A model generated the notes under the pieces. That model was given only the letters and a program-made list of their open reading frames with translations. It did not search any database and was not told where the DNA came from. A stretch of DNA of 59,274 nucleotides from Dirinaria sp. TL-2023a (taxonomy: Eukaryota), in contig JAVEBF010000011.1 of the NCBI GenBank assembly GCA_051941275.1, positions 1 through 59,274 on the forward strand, in the 5' to 3' direction. Positions within the stretch are counted from its first letter, which is position 1; each line of letters starts with the position of its first letter. Shown in pieces: positions 35,900-48,420 of the stretch. The position numbers were made by a program, and so were the translations under genes.

Positions 35900-36997
35900 G
35901 ACGGGATGAACTATGAAAGAAGGATTGGAAATGCAGAAATGCTTTGACGATAACCAGGTAATTGAATCCGAAAGCGATGGTCAGAATAAATGATGGCAGA
36001 CGCAATGAAATAGTCCCCTCCTTCATATACTCATCCAAACTTATCGGCATATACCCTGAGCTTTACTGCCTCCATCTCGTTATGAAGGTTGGGTCTCCAC
36101 ATAGCGGGTCAATGACACAGCCTACGCAGTCAAATTAGGCTTGCAAGGACCCCTACATTGCCTCCCCGATTGAGCGTCGAAACATTGCCGGCCTGAACAT
36201 TGAGTACTCCAGATAATGAATAGGCGTCCAAGGAGGTTGCATCACATGATGCTGATTGCTGTCAGGAAGGAGCAGCCTTGTTTAAAGAAAATGACTTTGA
36301 TAAGCCTAGATCTCAGCTCCTACAAAGAAGCGAAATAGTACGTGATGATCCCTGGACAAAATACTTTCGGCATCCAAAAAGGTGGGGCAGTTTCAATATC
36401 TCACAAAGTGACCAAGTAGTGGCGAAGTGGCGAAAAGCGTAATAGCTGGGATGCAAACGGAAATTGGACCTAAGGTGGGAATAATCTGCGGTCATGCCCA
36501 CCAAAATGTAAACAGACAGCTGAGCCGCTAATACTAATTGTAGTAAGTATGCCGAAGCAGAGGCTGAAACCGCCCCCACGTCCTTCACCCTGGGAGCTTG
36601 ACCAGCTGCTGCGAAGCTCCATCAGAATTTTACCAGGTTTCGGTCTCTTTCTCTCGCGCCCAAGAAGTGTGAAGTGTGAGGCATGATTTTCGAAAGCTGC
36701 AGATCCGCCGCCTACAATATAATTTCACTCCGCCACTTGTTATTATCAGGCCAATGAGTTGCTTATCCCCCACAATGTAATTTTAACTGCCTTCCCTGAA
36801 ATACGTTGGTGATCTCATTGTCCTATGTGCATCCTCAACCAGTATTAAACGCAAATGATAATCGCTTTAAGGCGCTCATTATCTCTTGCCCGACATGTCG
36901 AGGAAAAGTCGACAGAGCTACTTCCTTGCGTTGGATGCTGAGCACTTGTCTCGACAGCCTTATATCGTGTCGATACAGTTTCATCAGTACAACTGCT

Positions 36998-38989
36998 CTA
37001 TAGGTGCAACCAGACTGCTCCCAATCCCACCAGAATCGCAGATGACAATCCAGACCAGGAGCTCAGGCTTGTTGACGAGCTGGTAAAAGAAGCTGGAGCT
37101 ATGCCCGGAGTGACTGTAGGACCTGTTGATCCGTTGGATGCTGTGGTTTTATTTTGATTTGACAAAGTCGTATTCTGAAGCTGCGCTGCATCAATGGTGT
37201 CCCAGAACTCGCAGACCGAATAGTCGATATATCCGATTGAGGTGGCATTCCCAATGTTCAGGCCTAATGAAGACGCACCGTTGAATGCTAGCCATTGGAC
37301 ACCCTCATATGAGGGATTCTTGGATGCCGCCATCGATGACCACGCCGATACTAGCGTCGTCGAAATAGCTCGTTCTGTGCTTGTAAGATTACAGGTACCA
37401 TTGGGTTGTGGTAGATTGACGTAGTTCCCGAAGACAAATGTAATCTCCGACGTGTGTGTTGGGCCAAGCAGTTCAAGATATTCCAGCGGAGTTTCCGGTG
37501 TCCACGGGCATGTAGGCGTGTGATCCCAGAGATAGGTGAACGTGTCGATTCCGTTCTGGATTGCGCCCTTAAGACCTCGATAAGCTGGGCATTTGTAGTT
37601 GACGTCTGTCACGACTGTTTCCATGGCATTGTATGCTGCCGTTGGAGTGGAGTTGGAAGCTGTTAGCGGGTATCTCTGGGCAACGGCAGAAGCTGCAGGA
37701 CCGAAATTTTGTTGAAGAAAGGTGGTATAATCAGCTTCAGTAACTTTCCGAGGATCTCCATACGAAGACAGCAGAAACAAGGTGGACTCCCGGGTGGCTG
37801 CGTGTAATTAGCTCGTTACTGATGCATGCCCGTTTGAAAGACCTCACTCGAGCCAAAGATGCTAGGAACCTTCACTCCTGCTCTGGACGGCTGCACAGGG
37901 ACCACCTCACCATCAACGTAAGGATTGAAGCCTGGCTGATCAACACCACTTATAGCGACGGCTGAAGATTGGGGCAAAGTGGCGTTCAATTCGTAAGGCG
38001 ACTTCGATCGAAGGCAGGCAGCCTACATTTTATCAGCTACATTTCCAATGCGGGATTTACGAATGACAGGTCTCAATCACTTACATCTGTCGCGCTACAA
38101 TTGAGAAGCTCAGCATAAGCCTTGCCGACCTTGTTCGCATTGGACTCCAATGGAGCATCTCGGCCACCTCCTGACTCCATGACAGCAGCATTGATCAATG
38201 CGGGCGCTTGTGGTAAAGTAGCTACGGTGAAGGTATCCACGGCACCAGCGGATTGGCCGAACAACAGAACTTTGGTCTACAAATTTGAATCAGTCTGCAT
38301 GAAGAACGCATTTGAGGACCTCTGAGGGCCTTACCCTGTCACCTCCAAATGCTCCAATGTTTTCTTGTACCCATTGCAGTCCGAGCAGAATATCCTGAAT
38401 CCCAAAATTCCCGCCAATATTTGCGCTTTTAAGGGCGAGAAAGCCAAGTGGACCGAGCCTGTAGTTGACTGATACAACAACTGTATGCGCCATTGCCAAT
38501 TTGCACCCATCGTATAGCGGGTTTGAGATGCCACCGCCTTCGTTTGAGCCGCCGTATATCCAGACCTTGACTGGCAACTTCGAATCTGCTGTAGCGCCTG
38601 CAGGAACCCAGATATCGAGATACAGACTGGCAAGATACTCAGCATCGAACCGCACTAGATCTTACGCAGCACGAGCATATCTACCAGTCTTCTGACGCTG
38701 TTTCATTCTCGATAAACATGGTCCCAAACTGGATGCAGCTTGGAGCTGGAACAGTAGCTTTGAGCGTCCCACCAGCATAGCTGGAATTATAGGGTTTAGG
38801 AGCTGCAAACCGAAGATTGCCAACAGGTGGCTGCGCGAAAGGGATTGCGCGGAATGATATTGCTTCCGAATTTGTGCATTGAATCCCTTCAACCGTACCT
38901 GCAGAGGTCGTTACCGTTGCCGAATCTGAAACTTGGGCGAAAGCGATGGACGAAAGCAATGTACTGAAGAAGAGTAGTGGAGAACGCAT
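36998..38989 (-). CDS. Secreted type-B carboxylesterase/lipase (alpha/beta hydrolase), probably GPI-anchored
   Basis: Signal peptide; IPFAQPPVGNLRFAAP; SEDC; VWIYGGSNEGG; VSVNYRLGPLGF; GNFGIQD; FGGD; nucleophile FGQSAGA; acid residue in GSTTRE; His in PTHTSEI; Ser/Thr-rich then hydrophobic C-terminus. Several introns. Confidence 0.93.
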
Positions 38990-39616
38990 AACGACAAAAG
39001 TCTCGGAAGACCCAAGAATATCAAGAGAGAGAATGGAAAAGCAGTCTTGATCGAGAGAGCGGATATCTGTCCATTGATAAATGAACGAGCAACCTGTTCA
39101 TAGCCGCTCGCGAAACAAACTCCATCTGTACAAGCGGCTTTTTATAGGTCACAAGAAAAGCCGAAGTCTAAGATTTCACATTTTGTGGCAGATTAGGTTG
39201 CTTCAGCCTCGCGCTGGTAACTGGATTGGGCTAGATTCGCGTGGGGAAAGCTCGTCGGAAATTCCATCACTAAGACGAAGTGACGTGCCTCTGCCTTTGA
39301 CAAAGTACCATAGATCATGACTGGTCTATTAGATCATGAGTGTGCCGTTGTTGTCGTACGGTTACCTGAGAAATCTGAATTCCTGTCAGCTTCTGCAGAG
39401 CTGGAGTGAAGCCGGGGTTTTACTTGGCTACAAGACTGTGTCGCTGCAAAAAAATCTCAGCACAGCGCGGCGAATGACATCAAGAGGCGATACGCGGTAT
39501 CCACTCAATCTGAAAACATCTGAAGCAGCGGAGTTCCAATTGCATACGATCGTGTAAGTCATATCATCTATGTCTGAGACGTGAAGCGGAAAAAGAGTAA
39601 CTTTACTTTACTGCAA

Positions 39617-40087
39617 TTTAGCGTTTCCGAAACCGTTGCGACAGCTTGGCGCTGGAAAAACACGAAAAAACACACAGATCTTCTCATAGAATTTGTATGA
39701 AGAATCCTCGAAACATCTTTTCTGTTCACAACGCAATCGAATGAGTACAGATTCATTCCGTAGCATTGTTTCTGAAGTCATAAACAGTCTGAATACTGAG
39801 TTTCATGATGTTGAGATCTTTTGCTCGTTGTCAGTAGAGTTTCGAAAAAACAGAAGAGCATTCGCCTCGATCGCACGATCGTTGCTCAGAGTTAGAGTTG
39901 AAATGAGATTTGCGACATCTTTGACATGATACTATAGTCAATCACGACAGCGAGCGAGGTCTCTGAACATTATGAAACTCAGAATACAGACTCATTATAG
40001 CTTCAGAAACAATGCTACGGAGCAAAATGTGCGTTTTTTTGTGTTTTTCCAATGCCAAGCTGTCGCAACGGTTTGGGAAACGCTAAA
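39617..40087. mobile_element. Non-autonomous DNA transposon (MITE-like, ~470 bp) with ~60-bp terminal inverted repeats
   Basis: Left TTTAGCGTTTCCGAAACCGTTGCGACAGCTTGGCGCTGGAAAAACACGAAAAAACACAC. Reverse complement of the right end: TTTAGCGTTTCCCAAACCGTTGCGACAGCTTGGCATTGGAAAAACACAAAAAAACGCAC. The interior is non-coding and CC/GG-poor. No clear TSD. Confidence 0.85.
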
Positions 40088-40892
40088 ACGAGATCCTCGG
40101 GGCTTGGCGCCAAGTCTATAGAGTCGGGCTCAGTCCTGTAGGTAAGAAAAGTGCACCAATCAACACTTGCAACGTTACAGATAACTTGTAGACATGTAAT
40201 CATCCAGAACACCGACAAGAATCGTATGCTAGTGGTTTTCAGGCAATTGCACTATGCTTAGCCATACACGCTGCCAATGTTGCTGACTGCATGCGTAGAA
40301 GCGACCACATACCTATGTGTCTCTATACGCGCACGAGGTGGAAATAGCATCAATACTCCCAAAAATACTGCGATGTAACCATTACAGTCTAACTTACTCG
40401 ACGCAACTGACGACGACTGAGATCCTGATTCCGGCTATGTGGGATTCATCTGCGTCTGACATACGAAGCTGCGAATCGACATCTGAGCGTTGCATCGCCC
40501 AGACATTTCTATACTCCTCTTTGTGGCGAACTGTTGCGAGAAATCATAGCAGGCTGGTTTGACGATAAGAAAGACGATTGCGAGTATCAAAGACTCGATC
40601 GGTAGCCTGACAAAGAACCAACCGGGTGACTCGTGGCTAATCGTCGTCGCCAGTCTCTCAAGTCGGCCCAATACTGACTTCGTACAGAGATCGCTCTCAG
40701 TGAGAACGGTGAGGAGCATCGGTAACTACATAATAGTTGATATTGCTGACTATCTCTGCAAGGATGTAGAACTTGGCTCCAAGGCTTGATTTTTAACTCT
40801 GGGATCTTCATAAACGTAAAATGTTTAGCCATATCATACGTTTCGATGTGATCCATTTTTCAGAGGGCATGGGAATCGTTTTCGTAGAGCTA

Positions 40893-43800
40893 CTACCAGG
40901 GATCAGGAGCGGACCTTCCTCTCCCCAGCGTTGACTTCATGGACGGTCTCGGGACAATTGTGTCACCCTCCCAACTAAGCTTGTCTTCAAACTCCAAACC
41001 TCCAGCAAATATGGCCACCTCGGTCCTATGAGCGACAATGATACTACCTTTGGACGAGACGTCCATAATGAGCGAGCTGGCGTTGTTGTGGTATCGGAAA
41101 GGAATGAAGAAATGACGGGTATAGTGACTATCTTCCCTCGAATTGGTGAGTCTCAACGAGCATATCCAGCCTTGATGGGTGAGGAAGATGAGAGAATCTT
41201 CGTATGCGCCGACGACAAACTTGATATCCTTGGCGAGCTGATCGTAAATGGCGTTGGCGGTTACCTTTCTGGGCTTCGCATCCTGTGTACTCTTCTCCCT
41301 GGTGTTGTGCTCGTCCGAGCCTTGAGAAACCGCCGTTAATTCTTTCGTATTCCAGACTCGCAAAGTTGGACGCAGAAGTTCTGCTTGAGATCCTGCAAGC
41401 AAGACGCATAAATGCGAAGCGTGGCTTGAAAGCATGGCTGCTTTCACTGCTGTAGCGCCCGATTCTGCAAGACATAAGTCCATCGAGGGTGGTGAATGAC
41501 TCGCCTCAACGAGGTCCCAGCTATAGAAGCTGGCGAAGCCATTCGAGATATGAATCAGAGGCATCACTGGCTTGGGAGCTTGTATCCAGCGCGAATGAGC
41601 TCGATCTTTTAATCTTGAGATCTCACCGAGAATGTTGGCTGTCGCGAGTTCCCATATCTCGTCTTTATTTGGCATACTCACCAGTATTTTCGTCCCATTT
41701 TCGCTGACCAAAATCTGCTCTACTACGTTGATAGCTCTTCTGTCCATCACGATTGCACCTTCCGTCACTTGAAGACCCTGGGAAATCTTTAGTCTGCGAG
41801 CGAGAATTCTCCCTGATCTGTCAGCGCTAACAAGGAGTTCTCCCGAATGACTAAGGCTCAGAAATGTCACAGCAACGCGCTTTGCGTGACTGGTTAGTTC
41901 TTCTAGCAGATCACCCGTCAGAGCGGAGCGCGCGGCAATCGAACCATCTTCCCGACCACAGAAGATGATTTCAAGACTGTGAAAAGCAGTCATTGCGGTA
42001 ATGGCTTTCTCATCCTCATATATCTTCGCAGTGACAGTAGGTGGGGCGACGCTCGATGCATCATCACTAGGTTCTATGCTTGATTCGTCATTCATCTCAG
42101 CCCGGCGTACAAGAACTGATGGCTCCCAGATATTACAGTGATCACCTCTCACATCAAGGAATCGAAGACCATCGATGCTGAAAGCAAGATCTCTAATCCC
42201 TAATTCATCGGAGTTGATCTTGTATAGAATCTTGAGAGTCTCAAAGTCGTACAGAGTGATCTTGCCATTATTATCACCGCTAACCAAAGTAGTGCCGTCT
42301 TTACTACCTTGCATTACTGTAATGTCTGCGTTGACACTAGCGCATCTCCGTTGAGTCCACGGGTCGAACGCTACGATCTCTCCGTCGTCGTATGCGGCAG
42401 CTACAAGCTGGACCTCTGCTTTTGGATTGAAGATGAGAGCGAAACATTGAGGTCCTGGATATAGATTCGTTTCTTTGTTATACTGACCCACATATGAACA
42501 ATCTTCGAGGTCCCAGAGAACGATTGGCCGTTGTCGGTACACAACTGCAAGGAGGTTGAGCCCTGGCGAGAAGGCTGCATGTGTGGGAGCCCTGGCATGC
42601 GGATGTTCTTTTCCGGTCGACTCATTGATGTCAGAGAACTGGAAGCTGTTGACCAGCTCTCCAGTAGTCGAATTCCAAAACAACAGCAAATTGGATCTTG
42701 TTGCACCCATCAGAAGAGTATTGTCTTCGTTAAAACACAAAGCCAACAGAGGATCCTGGAGCTTGTATTCCCATCTCATGTTCATCGTTGTACAATTCCA
42801 TAATCTTATTTTCTTCCGGCTTGCCGTTGCCAAATATTGATCGGTGGTAGAGAACTCGACAAAGCGAACTTGATCTTGATGGTTGAGTACACGCTGTTCT
42901 TGCATTGTAGACGTTTCATATATGTGGACAGTCCCATCAGAAAAGCCGACTGCAAATGCGATGTCCTCACAAGTGACCGAGAGTGCCTGTTGTCCAGGAT
43001 TTATAATGCACGAAAGTCGGTCGTCCCATTCATCCTCAGACAGCCCAAAGACCCGCATTGCCTTTGGGTAATCCGCAAACGACCGGTGGATTATGGAGTT
43101 AGATGGGCAGACAGGCGGAACCAGAAAATGGATTGCCGCTGGATTTGTCATCAAGGGTTTGCCAAAAGACGCTACAAGACGACTGAGATCCGTAGCCCAT
43201 GCTGTGACATCTTGTATTGCCTGCCCGATCGGTGCATGATATTTTGCACGCCTGACTAAATAAGTCTTCAAATTTTTGGCGGCTTGTACAATTGGAGTCA
43301 GATCCTTATTGGCTGCAACAATCTCAATCCAAGTCAGGGAGTTCGAGGAGAAGAATGCTTGAATGTCACCAAGGATCGTCGCCTCGTTAGATTGTGCCCT
43401 AGCAATGTGATCAGAGAAGTGTTGTACCGCGTAGTTTGCAAAGTGTGAACGTTTTCCACTGCCGGCTCTGCTGGTGCCTCGACGATACCTTGCCACCTTG
43501 AGTTCTGGCCCGCGAAGATAATCTAAACATGTCCGTGCAATGTTTAAATGATCACGGGATCCAATGATGGTAAAGTGATCGGCTGTCAGAGCGTGAGGGT
43601 GATCACGAGTGAGAAATGACCGTACAGTCTGGTGAGCCAACTGAGCCTTGTTATCGCTGTCGACATATGTAAGGTTTCCCGTAATTGACCCGAGAGTCAG
43701 CTCAAGACGTGGCAAAGTGACATTGATATCAAGCCTTAAGGCTTCTTTCAGCTCCTCAACTGTCAGAGGTCGACTTGAGCAAACTGTCCATTTGAGTATT

Positions 43801-45650
43801 GCTTGTGTTATAGTCCTATTCCGGGAATTTTTCATCAGTGCCTCAAGGATGCGGGAGTACAGCTCATCCATGCCATTTGGGACTGAGTCCAGGACTTCAT
43901 ACGCTTGCTGGACGCTTAGGGTTTCGGTCAATTCCTGTAAGACGAGACTTGTCCACAAAAAATTGCCATTTGACCGATTTAAGATCCGGGTGAGCAGCCG
44001 ATCTCTCGCAGACTCGTCCTCTGCAGGCAAGAACTCTGCATTGGCTTGGAGATACAAACGAATATCCTCAAGTAGCTCTCTGATGGAAATTGTCTCGGCA
44101 ATGCGATCCAGTTTTTCTTGCGTGAAAAGCCTGTCAATGGCCAAAACAGGCCGGCTAGTGGTGAAGATTCGTAGGGGATGCTGTTTCTCTACCTTCGACA
44201 GCAAAGGAAATAGAGCATGATAATCCAAGCACTCGTCGAGAGCGTCAATGATCCAATAGCACGGTTGCCGCCATTCAAGCCGTAATATGCGTGCTGCGAA
44301 CACATTTCTCCAGATAGAGCCTTCGTCCGCTTTGTCCACAAAATGGCCATGCTCTGCCATAGCCAATAGCTCTTGTCGCACGGGTAAATTTGCTCGTGCC
44401 ATTTGCCAGGCAAGGGAGCGCAAAAGGACGGCGATAGTTGATTGGGCGCTGTCTCCGTGTTTAAAGAAGAAGAAAGCACAGTCGCCGTTGGTTTCTTCTA
44501 TGTACCTTATAACATGACCTGCGATTGTAGATTTGCCCGTTGCTGGTTCCCCATCAAGCCAGAAGAGTCGTGGTGAGTCAGGCAGTCCCAACCAATTTTG
44601 GAAAGATTGCTTGTCTGTGAGCCACTTGCAAGAGCCCTCCGTCTGTCTCTGGTTTAGTCTTGCGAGTTCGGATTCAGGGCGGTCTGCAACTCCAAGATAC
44701 TGAGACAAGATCTGCATTTGCGTAAGATGCTCAGTCCGTTTGTTTGACAGCCACGTCTTCTCAATGGACTCGATACTTGCCACAAATGCATTGCGTAAGC
44801 TGCCGTAGTTGCTGTCTTGCCGATTGTCAAATTTACAGACGTGGCGATGATCAGCGTTTAATAGTTGCACCCGTTCTCCTGGTAGTCCGATCACTGCGGA
44901 TTCTCTATCAACGATCAATCCTACGCTGGTGCTGACAGTTTCGAAGAACGACCAGAGTTGCACTCCCTGATAGACGTTGCGAAATTCGTCGTTGATAAGC
45001 TGTGTACTCATCGATCCAGGTGCCAAGTCTTCAACATACGCTTTATTGCTGGTGACATTGAGGAGTTTGCGTAGCAGCTGGACGCTGTCTGCACCTCTAT
45101 GTGGTGTAGCCAGAAAAAACATACTGTGAAATCTACCCACGAGCTTTTGGCAATGAGGGTCTCGCTTGGCCAGTAAAAACGCTTTCTTGATAACAATACC
45201 TCCCATGGAATGCCCTACTAGGACAATCGCAGTGTTCTCGTTGTGGCCAGACAGATCGGGTGAATTCAAGATCTCTCCCAAAAGCGCTTGCCCAAAATCG
45301 TGCACAGTCAAGCTGCTGCCTTTCCTCTCTCCCCAGTCTGAATTGTATCCAAAGGAATGGATCCGGACATTCTTGAACCTTGGCTCTAAAGGTAGCCATT
45401 GCTGTGGCCAATAATGGCGTATGTCGTCTGTCTTGCTCCAGGTTCTGCGAGATCCGCCACGCAGCCCGTGGACGAAGATGAAATCGATGAGGGGCTCTGA
45501 GGGCGAATACAGCAAATTCAGGCCTAGAGCGCCGCGTAACTCGTCAACGGACTCCGGTTGCCGACGGCCCGGGCTCAGGCTATGGAACGACCTGTCAAGG
45601 AAAGACGTTGCTGTTGTCGATTTGCGCCGCAAGGGATCCATCAAAGCCAT
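40893..45650 (-). CDS. Fungal NLR-like protein: SesB/PGAP1-like alpha/beta hydrolase + NACHT + WD40 (~1,585 aa)
   Basis: Single long ORF. FIFVHGLRGG, VLVGHSMGG, FLATPHRG, LNADHRHVCKF; Walker A GEPATGKS; Walker B WIIDALDEC; GNFLW; C-terminal WD-like strands (GTVHIYE, KIRLWN, PIVLWD, GKITLYD). Confidence 0.93.
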   Translation of the reverse strand: MALMDPLRRKSTTATSFLDRSFHSLSPGRRQPESVDELRGALGLNLLYSPSEPLIDFIFVHGLRGGSRRTWSKTDDIRHYWPQQWLPLEPRFKNVRIHSFGYNSDWGERKGSSLTVHDFGQALLGEILNSPDLSGHNENTAIVLVGHSMGGIVIKKAFLLAKRDPHCQKLVGRFHSMFFLATPHRGADSVQLLRKLLNVTSNKAYVEDLAPGSMSTQLINDEFRNVYQGVQLWSFFETVSTSVGLIVDRESAVIGLPGERVQLLNADHRHVCKFDNRQDSNYGSLRNAFVASIESIEKTWLSNKRTEHLTQMQILSQYLGVADRPESELARLNQRQTEGSCKWLTDKQSFQNWLGLPDSPRLFWLDGEPATGKSTIAGHVIRYIEETNGDCAFFFFKHGDSAQSTIAVLLRSLAWQMARANLPVRQELLAMAEHGHFVDKADEGSIWRNVFAARILRLEWRQPCYWIIDALDECLDYHALFPLLSKVEKQHPLRIFTTSRPVLAIDRLFTQEKLDRIAETISIRELLEDIRLYLQANAEFLPAEDESARDRLLTRILNRSNGNFLWTSLVLQELTETLSVQQAYEVLDSVPNGMDELYSRILEALMKNSRNRTITQAILKWTVCSSRPLTVEELKEALRLDINVTLPRLELTLGSITGNLTYVDSDNKAQLAHQTVRSFLTRDHPHALTADHFTIIGSRDHLNIARTCLDYLRGPELKVARYRRGTSRAGSGKRSHFANYAVQHFSDHIARAQSNEATILGDIQAFFSSNSLTWIEIVAANKDLTPIVQAAKNLKTYLVRRAKYHAPIGQAIQDVTAWATDLSRLVASFGKPLMTNPAAIHFLVPPVCPSNSIIHRSFADYPKAMRVFGLSEDEWDDRLSCIINPGQQALSVTCEDIAFAVGFSDGTVHIYETSTMQEQRVLNHQDQVRFVEFSTTDQYLATASRKKIRLWNCTTMNMRWEYKLQDPLLALCFNEDNTLLMGATRSNLLLFWNSTTGELVNSFQFSDINESTGKEHPHARAPTHAAFSPGLNLLAVVYRQRPIVLWDLEDCSYVGQYNKETNLYPGPQCFALIFNPKAEVQLVAAAYDDGEIVAFDPWTQRRCASVNADITVMQGSKDGTTLVSGDNNGKITLYDFETLKILYKINSDELGIRDLAFSIDGLRFLDVRGDHCNIWEPSVLVRRAEMNDESSIEPSDDASSVAPPTVTAKIYEDEKAITAMTAFHSLEIIFCGREDGSIAARSALTGDLLEELTSHAKRVAVTFLSLSHSGELLVSADRSGRILARRLKISQGLQVTEGAIVMDRRAINVVEQILVSENGTKILVSMPNKDEIWELATANILGEISRLKDRAHSRWIQAPKPVMPLIHISNGFASFYSWDLVEASHSPPSMDLCLAESGATAVKAAMLSSHASHLCVLLAGSQAELLRPTLRVWNTKELTAVSQGSDEHNTREKSTQDAKPRKVTANAIYDQLAKDIKFVVGAYEDSLIFLTHQGWICSLRLTNSREDSHYTRHFFIPFRYHNNASSLIMDVSSKGSIIVAHRTEVAIFAGGLEFEDKLSWEGDTIVPRPSMKSTLGRGRSAPDPW

Positions 45651-46677
45651 CAATATATTTTGAACCCTATGTCATAGTGCATTGCTCCAGGGCCATTAAA
45701 GCACTCATTATACATTCGAGATTTCGTCTGCCGGTCGATTGTCCCTCTCTGCCTTGGACATCGAAGTTTGTGAACAAAAGTCGAACAGGCACGCGAAGCC
45801 CACTAGCTGACGGGACGGAAGCTTTCCCCGGCGCTTCGCGAGCCTAGGCTCGAGCACTAGGTGCCACCAGTGTCTGCGACCCCCGGCTGTCTACAGAGAT
45901 TAGCATGAGAAATGCAGTTCTGTAACGAGCTGGTACTCTGTACACTGAGTCCGGCACGGATGGAACCTATCGTTGCATATTGGTATTTTCGCCGAGCCAA
46001 TCACTGTGTGACTGGGATCCAGACCTTGCATCTAATCGTAGGTTCCTGGTGGCTATTGGCCGGGAGCCCACACATCTCGTTTAAGGCCTGCAGGCTTAGC
46101 GCCTACCAGTTCAATTAACGGAAACGTAACCTGTACCTGTTCTCGCGGTTTGCAGAAGAATTCGGACTCAAAGCTAAGCCTAGCCGAGAGTCCCTATCAA
46201 ACATCTCTATTCGCAGCATGTCTTTAATTAGCTTCTTCGACTCTGAGCTATGCTATGAATACTTTTGTCGTTTTCACTCTGATAGAAAGTCAAGTAGACG
46301 TTCCAAATACAAGACCTCAGTCGACTGTCCCAGCTAAGCTTACGATTGTTCGAGTGTTATCACAAATGGCGAACTGATATCCTTGGGCTATCCCGGCCAA
46401 AAAAAGGATTGTAGCAGTAAGCTTTACCGAGAGCGCTAACCGGAAATATGCTCACGCTGTGGCTTTTCCTTATTCCTATGACTTGTCCCACCCGTGCCAT
46501 CCCTTTTATTGCTCTGTGATGTCGTATTTCCCGAATATGCTCTCGGCCCGGCTTGCTGTCCCGATGATGTGTGTCAACCGGAAGGATCTTAGCGACGTAA
46601 AGCTGCATTGACATTCTCACCCAGTAAGCCTTTCGCCGTGCACAGGACGACCGAAGTCCTTCAGATCCCCAGCTAAA

Positions 46678-48065
46678 ATGTCTGACACCGGGCCCACGCC
46701 CGAACAGTGGCCACCAATTGACCTTATAGCAGGTCTCTCGTTAAAGACGACCGCTGATTCGGAAAGTGAGCTTGATGAGAGAGTCTATTCCGGTATGGTT
46801 TTCCTAAGGCTGTGAATCGCCCGTTCTTTCACGCTTCATCCTTTCCCATTCATCTTTGCCAATTACCTGGAGCCTTTGGCCACATAAACTTTCTGACCTT
46901 CATCTGCAAGCTTCATACTAACAGTGGATTATCATTCAGAGCTCCCTCCGGGAAGCAAAGTCATCGAAATAACACCATCTGGAGCAAGTGCGTGGGTCCA
47001 AACTGTCCGCATTCGAACCCACCAAGAAAATGGGACATCGAAAGACTTTTTTAAAAAGGTGCAACGTATGGTCTATGATGGAAACACTTAATTAACGCTA
47101 CTGCCAGAGCCAAGGCGGCAGCGTGGGTCGAAGAATGATGCTTGGTACATTTGCGTCGGAAAACGCTTTCTACAACTTTGCACCACGGAATATCCCCAAG
47201 CCCATAGCATGGGGCAATTACAAGTCAAATGAGGACATGTGGTTCTACCTTGCTGAGTACCACGACATGACTGACGAAGTCCCTGACCCTCAACAATTTG
47301 TCTCCATCATAGTCAAGATCCATCGGGAAAGCTCAGGCAAATCACCAACAGGCAAATTCGGGTTTGAAGTACCAACTCACCTAGCCAATATTCCTAATGA
47401 CAATGAATGGGAAGAGACATGGGAGAAATTCTTCACAAAGGCAATGAGTAGGATGCTAGAGCTGGAGGAGCTAGCTCATGGCAAGGATGATCAAGAATTC
47501 GAAGAGCTTAAGGAGAAACTGCTTACCAAAATCATACCAAGGCTCTTGAGGCCACTTGAGTCTGATGGGCGGAAAGTGACTCCATGCCTGGTTCACTCGG
47601 ATCTGTGGCCGGGGAACTGCATGCCTGACGTGGATACCGATGAAATCATGATCTTTGATTCATGCGCTTATTGGGGTCACAATGAATCCGACCTTGGAAG
47701 CTGGAGAGCACCGAGATACCGAATGGGAAAGCCATTCCTGAAGGAGTATCAGAAACAGATGTCCATGTCATATCCAGAAGAGGACTGGGATGATAGGAAC
47801 GCATTATACGCGATGTAAGCACAAAGTCGAGGCTCATGTCCTTCAGATCCGGACCCGCTGATGGTCAGGCGCACACAGGCGTTATGATCTTCTGAACTCT
47901 GCTCTATTCCCGAACTCAAAGAAGTTCCGCAACCTGTGAGTGGCTACTTTGACCTCTTGAGAGGTGATTTTAACGTAATACAGTGCGAAGGACGAGATGA
48001 AGCGCATGTCAGAAAAGTATCCAAATGGTTTCAACGACTTCGAGAAGGTCACTTCCGAAAATTGA
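46678..48065 (+). CDS. Fructosamine-3-kinase / protein-ribulosamine kinase family (APH-like kinase fold)
   Basis: Five exons from ATG 46678. KDFFKK, PKPIAWG, SPTGKFGF, PCLVHSDLWPGN, IFDSCAYWGHNESDLG, DDRNALY; stop at 48063-48065. Confidence 0.88.
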
Positions 48066-48420
48066 AGGCCATTCAGGTTATATGGCGGATTTAGATTTAG
48101 CCCATTGTAGATGGAGAGTACAGTACAGAGATCTTGATTTGCGATCTCGAGATGTACGTGCTTGGTGATGAAGGTGGTATAAGTAGCAGACTAGCATTTG
48201 CTCCAGTCGGTACACTGATGTATCATGAAGTGAATAAGTGTGCTTGCTGAATATGTCGATGCTCGCCGTGAACCCTGGAGTAACCCTAAGCTAATCCTCG
48301 CTCCAAAAACGTTGTTTCAAAGCTACCTAAGCTGGGATAATATTATTCGCATGATTTGGATTCACCATGCTTCAAAAGTGTGGATAATGCCTCGACCAAT
48401 GTTGAATCTTGGACTGCAAA

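Noticed and set aside
45450..45900. Amyloid signalling motif (HRAM/PP/sigma) at the NLR N-terminus, or an adjacent effector gene
   Set aside because: The N-terminus is a short basic/Ser stretch leading directly into the hydrolase domain. No G/N/Q pseudo-repeat and no neighbouring HeLo or gasdermin-like ORF seen.
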